NCBI GenBank assembly: GCA_043228905.1
Contig: JBHGNT010000010.1
Location: 21,700,001-21,764,000 of the forward strand
Direction of reading: 5' to 3'
Source: Azolla caroliniana
Taxonomy: Eukaryota > Plantae > Polypodiophyta
DNA: 64,000 bases
This document shows positions 1 to 17,227 of this stretch, one piece after another (within the stretch, counting starts at the first letter, position 1; every line of letters begins with the position of its first letter). The position numbers and the translations under genes were made by a program. Below the pieces are notes generated by a model. That model did not search any database and was not told where the DNA came from. It worked only from the letters and a program-made list of their open reading frames with translations.

Positions 1-1589
1 GATAATATTGCAATTCTTATAATACTAGCACTAATATTTTGATGTTTTTCACCCAAAATAAATGCAAGGGAATTGTTCAGAAGTACCTCGTTGTATTATG
101 CATCCATCTACATAAAAGTAGGCAAAAAGACAATGGTTGGCAAGGCCTACCATTTATTTATGAGTGATATTAATACCGAATTATCATGTTGAAGTACTAA
201 TGGTCTAGTAACACAACCAAGAGAAAGTAATAAACAACAAAATTTGGTATAGTGGGACGAGAAAAGAGCAAATCAAGAAATGTAGAGTGAAATGAATTAA
301 TCACCTCCATTACACGATGAATTTGTTATCAGGGAATTATTTCTAAACAAATATCATTAAACTAATGTTGTTGTCGTGTTTAATTAGCAAGGCCAAGAAA
401 GACCCTTGGCCCTTGGGTATACATATTTTGGCATGACATTTACACTCCGAGAAGCGATATGATTTATCATAAAATAAAATTTGACATTAAATATTTGATT
501 CCCGGGTGTAGTTAAGACCGATGAGGTGTGAAAAGTTTGGCATGTGGCACAAGTTTTGTCACTAATATCAATCATTTCAAGGTTAAGGGGTCATGGGTTA
601 CCTATGGATTGTCTTATTAACTTAATTGGTTATCATGTATCAATGTGGCTAAAGAGATTACATCATCAATTTGATCATAACAATGAGAGCTCAATTTCAG
701 TTAACCAAAACCAGGTTGCATATAATGTTGTGTAGGCCCGTCTCTAGAAGTATGCCGTGATGTTGTGAAAGTTTAATTGTGTTATAATTGTTAATCGTAT
801 GTAGGCCACTTATTGACTTTTAGTTATTGACATATCTACTATTGTGCATGTGCGTTAAATAAATAGATCACATGGGAAACAATATATTGTGAATGCATGG
901 AGGTTTGAGATTTGACTCTTAACTCAATCTTCAAAACAAACTAGTACCCCAATAAAGCATATGATATGACAAATTGAAGTTGGGCCATAGGTACATAGCA
1001 TCAAACCACACAATGGTTTAGAGGGCACCCTTTGTTAATATATTGTTAGAAGAATTTTGCAATCATAATCTTAGCATGCTTGTGAAACCGACCGAATAAG
1101 CTAAAAAAACGTACACAAGTCACAAGACATTATGTAAAATAAAAGACATTAGACATTGCGAGGTTTTTTGACGAAATTTGGGGTTATAGAAGAGAGTGAA
1201 CATATGGCAAGCGCTTTTTGTCTTTCAAAAAAAACAATGATGGTACAATTGAGTTTGTGAAATTAGAAAAGGTCAACGAGAAATTATGAGGGTATCGATG
1301 ACATCTAACAAAGCTAGGTATATAATACCACAACAAAGGTGTGAACCATCGTACATCGATGTCGCGATGTGGTGCCTTCTTATGCGTATCAATTTAATGA
1401 TGAGCAAAACAATAAGAGATCAAGAGAAATAATGGATTAAGGATGCGTAACCATGTTGACCACCCCAAGCAAAGGACAGGAGACAAACGTAAAATACCAT
1501 TGACATCACATAACATTTGATACGGCCTTATTTTATGCCCTGGTTATTGAATAATTGATCCTCGTAAGCGAGCTTAGCATCATTGATAG

Positions 1590-2195
1590 AGTCTCGATAG
1601 CATCTAAAGATATCATGATAAAGTGGGTAACTAGTCTCCTTTAGCATTAGTTCCTTACGGCCAACAAAGAGTACGGGTCAGTACACCGCTCAAATACGGA
1701 GAACCATTACTATCATGGATGTAACCAGGACGTCCCAAGAGGTCACCCATCCCAGTACTGTTCTGGCTCAAGCACGCTTAATTAGCAATGCTTGAAGCAT
1801 CCAAACAACCACAAAACTCATGGCATGTGAGTTGCCAAGGTAGGTAGGAATGTGCTACACATTGATCCACAGCAAGTGGTTGGCGGTCACCCGCAAGTGG
1901 GTGGTATACTGACTGCAGACGTCACACCTAGGTCTTTAGCATGCTCAACGGTGCCACACGAGTTCAGGTGGTTAGCCCGTAACGTCGTGGGTCCAGCTGC
2001 AACGCTTAGGTGCGAACCTCCGTAGAATATTAGGGTTCTTTTTAGTTAGCATTAGTGCCTTACAGCCAACAAGGAGTGCGGGTCAGTACACCACTCGAAT
2101 ACGGAGCATGTCCACTCTCGATAGCAATGCCCCCCCCGAAACCAATACAGTGCATCTAAAGATATCATGATAAAGCGGGTAACTAGTCTCCTTTA
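1590..2195. repeat. Rearranged direct repeats around the 5S-like core
   Basis: GCATCTAAAGATATCATGATAAAG(T/C)GGGTAACTAGTCTCCTTTA occurs at ~1600 and ~2152. TTAGCATTAGT(T/G)CCTTAC...AATACGGAG occurs at ~1641 and ~2047. The two blocks are in swapped order. Confidence 0.75.
1717..1781 (-). mobile_element. 5S rRNA-derived segment (3' half, pol III internal control region), probably the LTR core of a degenerate Cassandra-type TRIM
   Basis: The minus strand reads TTAAGCGTGCTTGAGCCAGAACAGTACTGGGATGGGTGACCTCTTGGGACGTCCTGGTTACATCC. This closely follows the 3' half of plant 5S rRNA (TTAAGCGTGCTTGGGCGAGAGTAGTACTAGGATGGGTGACCTCCTGGGAAGTCCT...). The 5' half of 5S is absent. Confidence 0.7.
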
Positions 2196-4369
2196 TATAA
2201 CACAATACCTAAGGCTCCTAGACCAAATCATTCACACATGCCATAGGTTCTTAATACTTATGGATTTGTCCCAAATCCAAAGATATGTGGTTTCCCAACT
2301 TTCTTACCCTTAACCCATTGAAATTAGCTATACAATTGGTTCCTAAGGTTATGCCTACACCTTCCTTGGAGGAAGATATGTTAATGAGGACATTACCTGG
2401 GATCCCATCTAAAAGACATGCACATTCGTTAAATCATACAAATGCAATCTTATTGATCAATATATCGTTGCGAGACAACCATCCTACAAGAGAAGAGGTC
2501 GTTTATGAGGGCAGTGTGTGTCCATGATCTCCAATTGGAGTTGAGAAGATGTCATAGCATGTTGATACCATACCATACCAAGCTTGTAGTTGGGCACATT
2601 GTAGGCTTGCCATTATTATAACATTGTTCCTCTCAATGGAATGGATGAATGGTATCATATTCTCTTATCTTTTATGTTCTTCTCATTGCTCCATTGTGCT
2701 AACATAGTTTTTTTATTTGCAAGCGAATATGAAATGGGTATTCATATATAATATTCTATCTCAATCGCAACTATTGTCATACCATCTAACATTTAAGTTC
2801 AAGAGCACAAACTTAACATAATATTAACATTATTATAACATTTTTTAGATTGATTCAAATTTGAGGTTCATGGGAACAATGTTTGTGATATGTGCACTCT
2901 TTGACAACAACCTTATTTATTATATTTTATCCTACAATATGACAACAAATACATTAATGTTTAAAAGACCAATCACAAATTATTGCATCATTGTAGTGGA
3001 GATCTCTCATCGTCAGTTTATGTTTTTTTGCCTTTTGTTCCATGTGTTATTGGCCGCATTTAGAATTGTTCAACACACAGTTTTAGTATTAGTTCAACAT
3101 GTTGCGAGTCAAATATGCTTGAATCAATTTTATTATTGCTCACATGCCATGCCTTCTATGCTTCCATTGATGACATGCAATTTTTTTTGGAAGGCACTCA
3201 TGTAATATACTAGGCATCCTCATGCTACTATCTCTCTTGATATTGACATGTAGAGATAGATGTGGGGGTTCTTTTTAATGGCTTATTGTACATATAGACA
3301 TCGACTTATCTTTTTGAGTATTCTAGAATGCATCGAAATGTGGTATAATATGGTTGGATGCTTGGCACATAGGGTAAACATGTATGGAAGCCATCCTTGA
3401 CAAGGTTATCCAAACAAACAATATTGTTGTGATAGTTGGTTGTAAAAGTTAAATGTAAACATTATACAAAAAAATACTATTCTACCCCATTCAAACCCTT
3501 GTAATTTATGCCTTCCAACATCATGTGTGAGTGCTAGCACGCTAATGCTTCATGTAATGGTAGGTACAAAATCATATCACAATATTGTTTAACAACATAT
3601 ATCATCAATCCTTGTAATGCCTTTCCATAAGCCATGCATACAACACAACATATAGGGCCGAAAATCCCCCCCTTCAGGTTGCATGTTATTTATGATGGGA
3701 GGAGGGATGAAAGGTCTCTTCACAAGTTCCAATAGATGGGCACACCCACAATGCAAAGCCTAAGTATCAAAGCAACAAACCAACAAATAAAGGAGTGTGT
3801 TCTAGTATTTGGGGAAACATCCCACTCCTTTTGTTTAATCGCATGCTGGTTTTTGAAAGGGGGAGCATTGGTGATGGATATGCATCTGTGAGGTACGACT
3901 GCATCCACAAAAGGATATTTGAAAGAAGTAAAGGCGAAGTCTGATCTAGGCGGAGAGGAAGAAGCAAGGCTACATTAGTCTCTAAGACATGCATATTTGA
4001 GGTAGACGCGGGGGCTGTTGGGGTAGGGACAATGATTGGCATGGCCACATCCATAGTAAATATGTTAAATAAAGGTCTAGCTATAGAGAGGAGCCTGGAG
4101 AAGAGAAGCTCCCTCCTTCTCACTCTCTGAGATGCCACTTCTATTTTTTCCATGAATGCTCAAAACCCAACCATTCTACATATTAGAAATCTCTCTCAAA
4201 TATTCTACATACATACTAGAAATCTCTCTCTCTCTCTCTCTCTCTCTCTTTATTGTGATTATCTTACCTTGGTTGTATGAAAAACATTACTACCTTTTAT
4301 GGCTTCGAACCCAAATTTCTCATCTCTCTATCACTTGATACAAGTCCTCTTAATGTAGTAGATGCCAGT

Positions 4370-4441
4370 GTGGAATGTAGGGGTTGAGCCCATGACCTCC
4401 TCGTCTCCATTGGGCACCCTTACCAATTCAGCTACAGATCC
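4370..4441 (-). mobile_element. tRNA-derived SINE head or tRNA pseudogene
   Basis: The minus strand reads GGATCTGTAGCTGAATTGGTAAGGGTGCCCAATGGAGACGAGGAGGTCATGGGCTCAACCCCTAC. It has an A box (TAGCTGAATTGG) and a degenerate B box (GGCTCAACCCC) at tRNA-like spacing, but no closing acceptor stem. Confidence 0.6.
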
Positions 4442-4481
4442 CTCTCCCTCTCTCCGTTTAGCAGGATATGACGTGGCAGGC

Positions 4482-4483
<2 letters not shown>

Positions 4484-4529
<46 letters not shown>

Positions 4530-4736
4530 CTCTGCTTTCTTCTCATTTCTTCTTCTCCTTCGTCCCCGTCGTTTCTTCGCCATCGCCAGCTTCTCTCCCT
4601 CTCTCTCTGTCTCTCGCGCATAGAGCGCAGGGAATATATCAGGCCTGATCCTCCTGTTTGCTCTTACGTTTTCTGTTTTTTCCCCTCTCCTTCCTTCTTC
4701 TCCCGTTTCATATGTATGCCTGTAATTAAACCCTAA
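4484..4736 (+). promoter_or_regulatory. Probable PAH core promoter / 5' end: (TC)n tract and telo-box
   Basis: (TC)n at ~4484-4525, pyrimidine-rich patches, and AAACCCTAA at ~4728. These lie upstream of a probable intron-containing 5' UTR. Confidence 0.45.
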
Positions 4737-5477
4737 TTCCACGTCTCTGCAACTTTTGCATGATCACCATCACCGTAGCATCGCGCGAGAAGATACGACA
4801 AGAAGTAGAAAAAGCACAGCAAAAGAAGAATCAGCTCGCAGATCCTTCCAACCTCCTCTATTTTTTTAACTGTCTTCACAATCCATGATCCGTCATAAGT
4901 GGAGAGCTTCTCATCGTATTTTGCTTCTCGTTAAGGAAATATTCGAAGATTGAACTTCGTTTCAGTTTTGTACGTGTCCGTCGTTCATGATCAAGTAACA
5001 GTGTAAGCTTTCCATCGTTCTGTGCTGTTCCCTAGTGAAATCCCCACAGATTTCCCCTCTCTTTGCTGCTGGTTGCATTGGTAAGGTGTGAGACTTCCAT
5101 TGCACCGTGTTTTTATCTTAGATAAATCTCTCATATTTCTCTTTATCTGGAATGTCACACGTTTAGACCAACACTAAGGTTTCATCAGAAGGTACCTTTA
5201 TAGACTATTGGCTTCTATTAACTTAGGAGTCTCATTTGATTGTTTGGTTAATACATCCTTTATTATCCTTTCTGTTGAGGCTCAGTGCGTCATCATCAGA
5301 TGTTTTTGTGGTTTGATCATCAACTGCGTCAATCTATTATCTTTTCAGCACACGATCTCTTTTGTCTTAAAAATTCCTGCAGAGCTGAGCTTGTAACGAT
5401 TCCGTGAGATCTTGATTTAAGCTTCTCTGTAACCTGGAAGCAGCAATCTGTCACCCCCTGCAGACATTTCTTGAGTG

Positions 5478-5960
5478 TGAGTTTAAATAGAATGCCTCAA
5501 TCACGAGTTTTAATTGACTTCCTTCGAGAGTGCGCTTTGGATCGTCAAGCTCGAATTTGAGTAGATTTCTTGTGAATTGATTCCTAGAAAGCGAGTTTGA
5601 ATGCATGCCTCATAGAAAAACTCCCAGAGAGTGAAGTTGAAGACACTTATTGAGAGCGAGTTCGAGTTGGCTTTGAATTGTCAATTGTGAATTTTGAATA
5701 GACTCCTAGAGAGTTAGGTCGAATATAAATCCTGGAATAGACCACCTCGTGAACAAAGTCGAAGCAAGTTTGAATAGTAATATTCGGAAGAGACCTCTTC
5801 CAGATCGAATTTGAATCAAGTTTGAGCAGAAGTCATTGAGAGTGATTTTTGTTGAGAACAGGATTCAATAGACTCCCCCCCGTGAATGATTTTAAAGAGA
5901 CATCCTCGGAGCAAGATTAAAGTATATTCTCTTGAATAGGCTCCTCGAGAGAAAGTTTGG
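5478..5960 (+). repeat. Degenerate ~26-nt repeat array in the PAH leader
   Basis: A dozen or more diverged copies resembling GAGTTTGAATAGACTCCTCGAGAGC, e.g. at 5479, 5505, 5592, 5689, 5861 and 5932. Confidence 0.55.
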
Positions 5961-6014
5961 GTTGGGCTTCTCCAATACAGGCAGTGATAAGGATTGTGAT
6001 GTGTATGATGCAAC

Positions 6015-11732
<5,718 letters not shown>

Positions 11733-12559
11733 ATACACAAGTCTCCAGCTCAATTCATTGCAATTGGTATAATGCTGAAATTTAATATTGATTCTGCAGC
11801 TCAAAACAATTTGAAGAGGTCAATAAATATAGCATAAAATTAATTGACAGCTTAGCTTGTCGTCTTCATTCTTCTGTGATCATATGCTCTTATGATCTGG
11901 ACATTGCAGTTACCATTATTCAAGATTGGATTATTGGATTCAAGTACATAAATTTTCTTCTCCCTGATGGGGGGCTGATAACAGAATGTACAGTGTGCAA
12001 GTACCCACCTGCAAAGATGTAACATGAAGAGTGCTTTATGGAATACAGTTGCCATTGTAAGCAATTCTATTACCCTTTGACCAATCTATAGAGATTTGGA
12101 TGGCAAGAGATATTCATTATAAAAAATAAGCAAACTTTTCATAAGCTAGTAAAATGACAGCGGTTTATTGGGTTTTAACTTTTACTGCATTAATGATATA
12201 TGGAATAATGACAATTAATAACTCTAGAATACTAACTATGTGATGATTGCTGAGGTATTATGTAAAGTGGGGTTAATATAACAAGCACCCCTTGCAATTT
12301 CGGAAATATCAATATGTGCCCCTGGAAAAAATAACCTAAACAGCTTCATCAGCGGAAAGAAAACAGTCCAACCATGAGTATCTTGTGCAGTTGATACTTA
12401 ACGTTACTATGCTTTGACAGTTCTATAATTAAGTAAGCCTTCTACTGTTTAGCATAAGCATTATATTAGCTAGATGTTGTTAACCGTAACCTTGAGAATC
12501 TGATATTATGGTAGTCACATCTAGTATTATCAAAACATAATCCCAGTAAGATGCAGATA

Positions 12560-13080
12560 ACGGATCTAGGAGGTTGTAGAAAGCCCTACCACACGGTATG
12601 TACATGCACATGTGTACATCATGTGGATTGGTGCTCTGCAAATCTTTAATATTAAAAATGGATGGAGAGTTTCAAGATGTTAACGCCCACGGTATGAGAA
12701 TGACCAAAATAAACTACATGTACATTTGGGTCCACCGGCTTGTAGAAAGGCCCACCCCATGGTATGTACATGCACATGTGGTTGCTCTGCTGTGGTGGCG
12801 CTCTGCAAATCATTAATATTAAAAATGGATGGAGAGTTTTGAGATGTTAATGCCCAGGTATGAGAATGACCAAAATAAGGCCCGGCCCATGGTATGTACA
12901 TGCACACGTGGTTGCTCTGCTGTGGTGGTGCTCTGCAAATCATTAGTATTAAAAATGGATGTAGAGTTTTGAGATGTTAATGCCCAGGTATGAGAATGAC
13001 CACTGCAAGTACATTTGGATCCTCTGTGGTGGTGCTTTGCAAATCATTTATTTCAGACATGGACGGAGAGTTTTGGTTTG
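12560..13080. repeat. Minisatellite of ~130-160 bp units (3-4 copies), also present at ~15500-16020
   Basis: Repeated GGTATGTACATGCACATGTG...CTCTGCAAATCATTAATATTAAAAATGGATGGAGAGTTTTGAGATGTTAATGCCCAGGTATGAGAATGACC. Confidence 0.9.
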
Positions 13081-13172
13081 CAACAAGCAACAACTAGATG
13101 GATGGAGTGGTTTACGGTTGATAGGAAAGGGGTTATAACTATTTGTGATGTTAAGATAAGTAAAAGGATATT

Positions 13173-13272
13173 NNNNNNNNNNNNNNNNNNNNNNNNNNNN
13201 NNNNNNNNNNNNNNNNNNNNNNNNNNNNNNNNNNNNNNNNNNNNNNNNNNNNNNNNNNNNNNNNNNNNNNNN
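13173..13272. other. Assembly gap (100 N)
   Basis: Run of exactly 100 N, a typical scaffolding placeholder. Confidence 0.99.
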
Positions 13273-13273
13273 A

Positions 13274-16113
13274 CCAAATTTATATGAGGATTGCCCCAAT
13301 CATTTTTTGAAGGATGGAGAAGCACTTCCGGAAGGTCCAGTATTTATTTCTCCAGATGGACTGCTCCTTCGCTTTACCGAGAAGGTAAGTTCTTTAAGTT
13401 GTTTTTAACATTGTGCAACCAAATCCTGTACATAGATGTTTATGCATAATTCTACAAGCAATGATTAGATTCAGTATAATCCCATAGAAGGTTAAGACAT
13501 ATCCATATAAATAGAAAGAAGTCTCCTGTGTTGATTATGTTTATCTTTCCACCAAAGCATGTTCTTTCTGCATATTGTTTATTCCAAATATGATTACAAT
13601 TGTGGCATGTATGAAATGTGAACCAACTGGTTTGGTCAACCTTATGTAAGCACAAGGGGAAGTAAATAACGTGCTAAAAGTAAAATAAGGCTTAAACAAA
13701 CAGGGGAAATTCATCTCGACACAAGTTCAACTGTATTTCAGATCATTGATGAGAGAGTGCAAGATTTTAATCATTGCGTGGATATTCAACTGATGTCAGT
13801 CTTACCTACTTCATTTTTGTAAAGAGCTGCAGGCTTATTAGAAAAACCAACAAAGAAAGTTGTCTCCATTGTTATATCGCTAAATACCTAGTACAACTGA
13901 TTTATATGTTCATTGGAAGATTATTTTTCGTTCTTTCTTAACAATGGAGATCTTCTAAGTAACTTGTATTACTTAAATTTCAGTCATCAGAGAGCTCCAC
14001 ATGAGTTCAAGATCTCGTGTTTAGAGGTATTATCAACACTGCCGTTCTGTTTTCCCGCGATATGCTCAATGGCTAGTGAATCGTCTCTTTAATTTTTTGT
14101 TTTGTCCCATCAGGCTATTCGAGAATTATTCCCCAAAGATGTAAACCCATTCTATGCGGGTTTTGGGAATAGAATAACAGATGAGATAAGCTATCTTAAA
14201 GTAGGGATTCCAAAGGGCAAGATTTTCATCATCAATCCCAAGGTGCTACTTGTGTTCTGATATGTTTCCAATTATGATTGTAATCGTCATATTTTGATTG
14301 AGTTTCTGTGATACCAGGGTGAAGTTGTAGTGGACCATCGTGTTGATCGCAAATCATACACATCTCTTCATGCATTAGTTGATGACATGTTTCCTCCTTT
14401 GTCATCACACGAACAGGTATATTCATGTGAGTTATTCGGGATATCCAAAGTTGTATGATGTAGATTGAAGGCATTGAAAACTTTGTTCATTTGTAGGAGG
14501 ATTTCAATTCATGGAACTATTGGAAGATGCCACTTCTAGATATCGATGATGAGATTAGTGGGAAAAGGTACATCAGCATGATGTTTGTCCAAATATTTCC
14601 ATCTCAATTCGATTAATATATATTAATATCAAATTTTCAGCTCAAAAAATTCGAAGAAGACCAAGAAGTAGATACACAAGTCTCCAGCTCAATTCATTGC
14701 AATTGGTATAATGCTGAAATTTAATATTGATTCTGCAGCTCAAAACAATTTGAAGAGGTCAATAAATATAGCATAAAATTAATTGACAGCTTAGCTTGTC
14801 GTCTTCATTCTTCTGTGATCATATGCTCTTATGATCTGGGACATTGCAGTTACCATTATTCAAGATTGGATTATTGGATTCAAGTACATAAATTTTCTTC
14901 TCCCTGATGGGGGGCTGATAACAGAATGTACAGTGTGCAAGTACCCACCCTGCAAAGATGTAACATGAAGAGTGCTTTATGGAATACAGTTGCCATTGTA
15001 AGCAATTCTATTACCCTTTGACCAATCTATAGAGGTTTGGATGGCAAGAGATATTCATTATAAAAAATAAGCAAACTTTTCATAAGCTAGTAAAATGACA
15101 GCGGTTTATTGGGTTTTAACTTTTACTGCATTAATGATATATGGAATAATGGCAATTAATAACTCTAGAATACTAACTATGTGATGATTGCTGAGGTATT
15201 ATGTAAAGTGGGGTTAATATAACAAGCACCCCTTGCAATTTCGGAAATATCAATATGTGCCCCTGGAAAAAATAACCTAAACAGCTTCATCAGCGGAAAG
15301 AAAACAGTCCAACCATGAGTATCTTGTGCAGTTGATACTTAACGTTACTATGCTTTGACAGTTCTATAATTAAGTAAGCCTTCTACTGTTTAGCATAAGC
15401 ATTATATTAGCTAGATGTTGATAACCGTAACCTTGAGAATCTGATATTATGGTAGTCACATCTAGTATTATCAAAACACAATCCCAGTAAGATGCAGATA
15501 ACGGATCTAGGAGGTTGTAGAAAGCCCTACCACACAGTACGTACATGCACATGTGTACATCATGTGGACTGGTGCTCTGCAAATCTTTAATATTAGAAAT
15601 GGATGGAGAGTTTCAAGATGTTAACGCCCAGGGTATGAGAATGACCAAAATAAACTACATGTACATTTGGGTCCACCGGCTTGTAGAAAGGCCCACCCCA
15701 TGGTATGTACATGCACATGTGGTTGCTCTGCTGTGGTGGCGCTCTGCAAATCATTAATATTAAAAATGGATGGAGAGTTTTGAGATGTTAATGCCCAGGT
15801 ATGAGAATGACCAAAATAAGGCCCAGCCCATGGTATGTACATGCACACGTGGTTGCTCTGCTGTGGTGGTGCTCTGCAAATCATTAGTATTAAAAATGGA
15901 TGGAGAGTTTTGAGATGTTAATGCCCAGGTATGAGAATGACCACTGCAAGTACATTTGGATCCTCTGTGGTGGTGCTTTGCAAATCATTTATTTCAGACA
16001 TGGACGGAGAGTTTTGGTTTGCAACAAGCAACAACTAGATGGATGGAGTGGTTTACGGTTGATAGGAAAGGGGTTATAACTATTTGTGATGTTAAGATAA
16101 GTAAAAAGATATT
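13274..16113 (+). pseudogene. Second copy of PAH exons 5-10 and downstream DNA (near-identical to 10320-13172)
   Basis: Colinear copy that starts immediately after the gap. It has 1-nt deletions in exons (CTGCTCCTTC vs CTGCTCCCTTC; CATCAGAGAG vs CATCAGGAGAG) and lacks the 5' exons. Confidence 0.85.
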
Positions 16114-17050
16114 AAAAATAAAAAATATTATAAAATTGTTTATATGATATTGAACTTATGTACTATATGCCCTGTTTTTTTTTTATGTATGATTAATAAA
16201 GTGGAACCACTAAACAAAAGACCAAACCTTTTACAATTTTGAATGACCCTCACCTTTAGAAAGATCAACTGAAATAATACGAGTAAATCTAATTATTGTC
16301 ACTTGCTGGGTGATGCACGTGTATTGGATGCTCCTTGCCCATTTTATTATTGTCATGCGTTATTTTGTCATATTTTGTGCTAATTTCAACAATTCAGAGT
16401 GTTTTTCTTATATGTTGATTATCTTGTTCATAAAATCATGCTGCCACGTTTTCTGAGTTTCCTCTATGGTGGTTTTTATGTACTTAGTGTAATGTGAACA
16501 TGAGATCAATATCATGTTAAACATCCTCTTCCCTCTTTGGAAATTTAAAGTAAGTGGATTCATATGGTAAATGCAATCACATTTAAGGTTCTATTTATTT
16601 ATTTATAGTCATCATACAGTTTTCCTCTTTGCATAGGGACATCAAAATTTACTGTATATATCACACTTTTGGAGAACTTGTTAGACATAAGTATATAATC
16701 ATGATATATAATAGGTTTAACATACCATATGAAAGAACTCTCAACCACCGATTCAAGTAGGCTTTTTTTTGCGTAACATTGCTTCCCCTCCTATCTCCTC
16801 CTATCTGTGGTTCCCCTCAAGTAGATTAATATGGTTAAGGCAGTCAATATTATAAATTAATTAATTAATACTTTTCTTTAGTCCACATAGTTTAGTTTTT
16901 ACTCTCATGCCAAATAGTTTTAGTTTCCTTTCATGCCACATAGTTCATGTTCATCATATTCCCATGGATACCCATTTCTCTACCCTGTAGTGAGTGGTGG
17001 CTAACAAACTTGAACCACCTAAAAGTGTATTTACCTAACTGCACCGCAAG

Positions 17051-17188
17051 TAGGGTTTGGCAATGGCTCGGCTCGGCTCAAGCCTAAACCGTTTGGCTTA
17101 GCTGGCTTAAAGAGGCTTAGTGATTTAGCCCTCACCAAACCGGCTCAAGCCAGAAACTTTAGAGCGAGAGGGAGGGAGAGAGAGAGAG

Positions 17189-17227
<39 letters not shown>

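Noticed and set aside
1717-1781. Functional 5S rRNA gene
   Set aside because: The 5' half is missing, there are multiple substitutions, and there is no tandem array.
2561-2660. TGGTATCA primer-binding-site-like motifs
   Set aside because: The matches are short, with no adjacent definable LTR pair or gag/pol sequence.
3720-4153. 128-aa and 62-aa minus-strand ORFs
   Set aside because: No recognisable domain or splice structure. Possibly TE debris, but unsupported.
4331-4742. ORFs with RERERE/LSLSLS runs (also 8603-8806 and 21116-21454)
   Set aside because: These are translations of (GA)n/(TC)n microsatellites.
5478-5960. CRISPR-like repeat/spacer array
   Set aside because: The units are highly diverged, with no constant repeat and no regular unique spacers. 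The context is eukaryotic and there are no cas genes.
13274-14670. Second functional PAH gene
   Set aside because: It lacks the N-terminal and catalytic exons, has frameshifts, and abuts the assembly gap.
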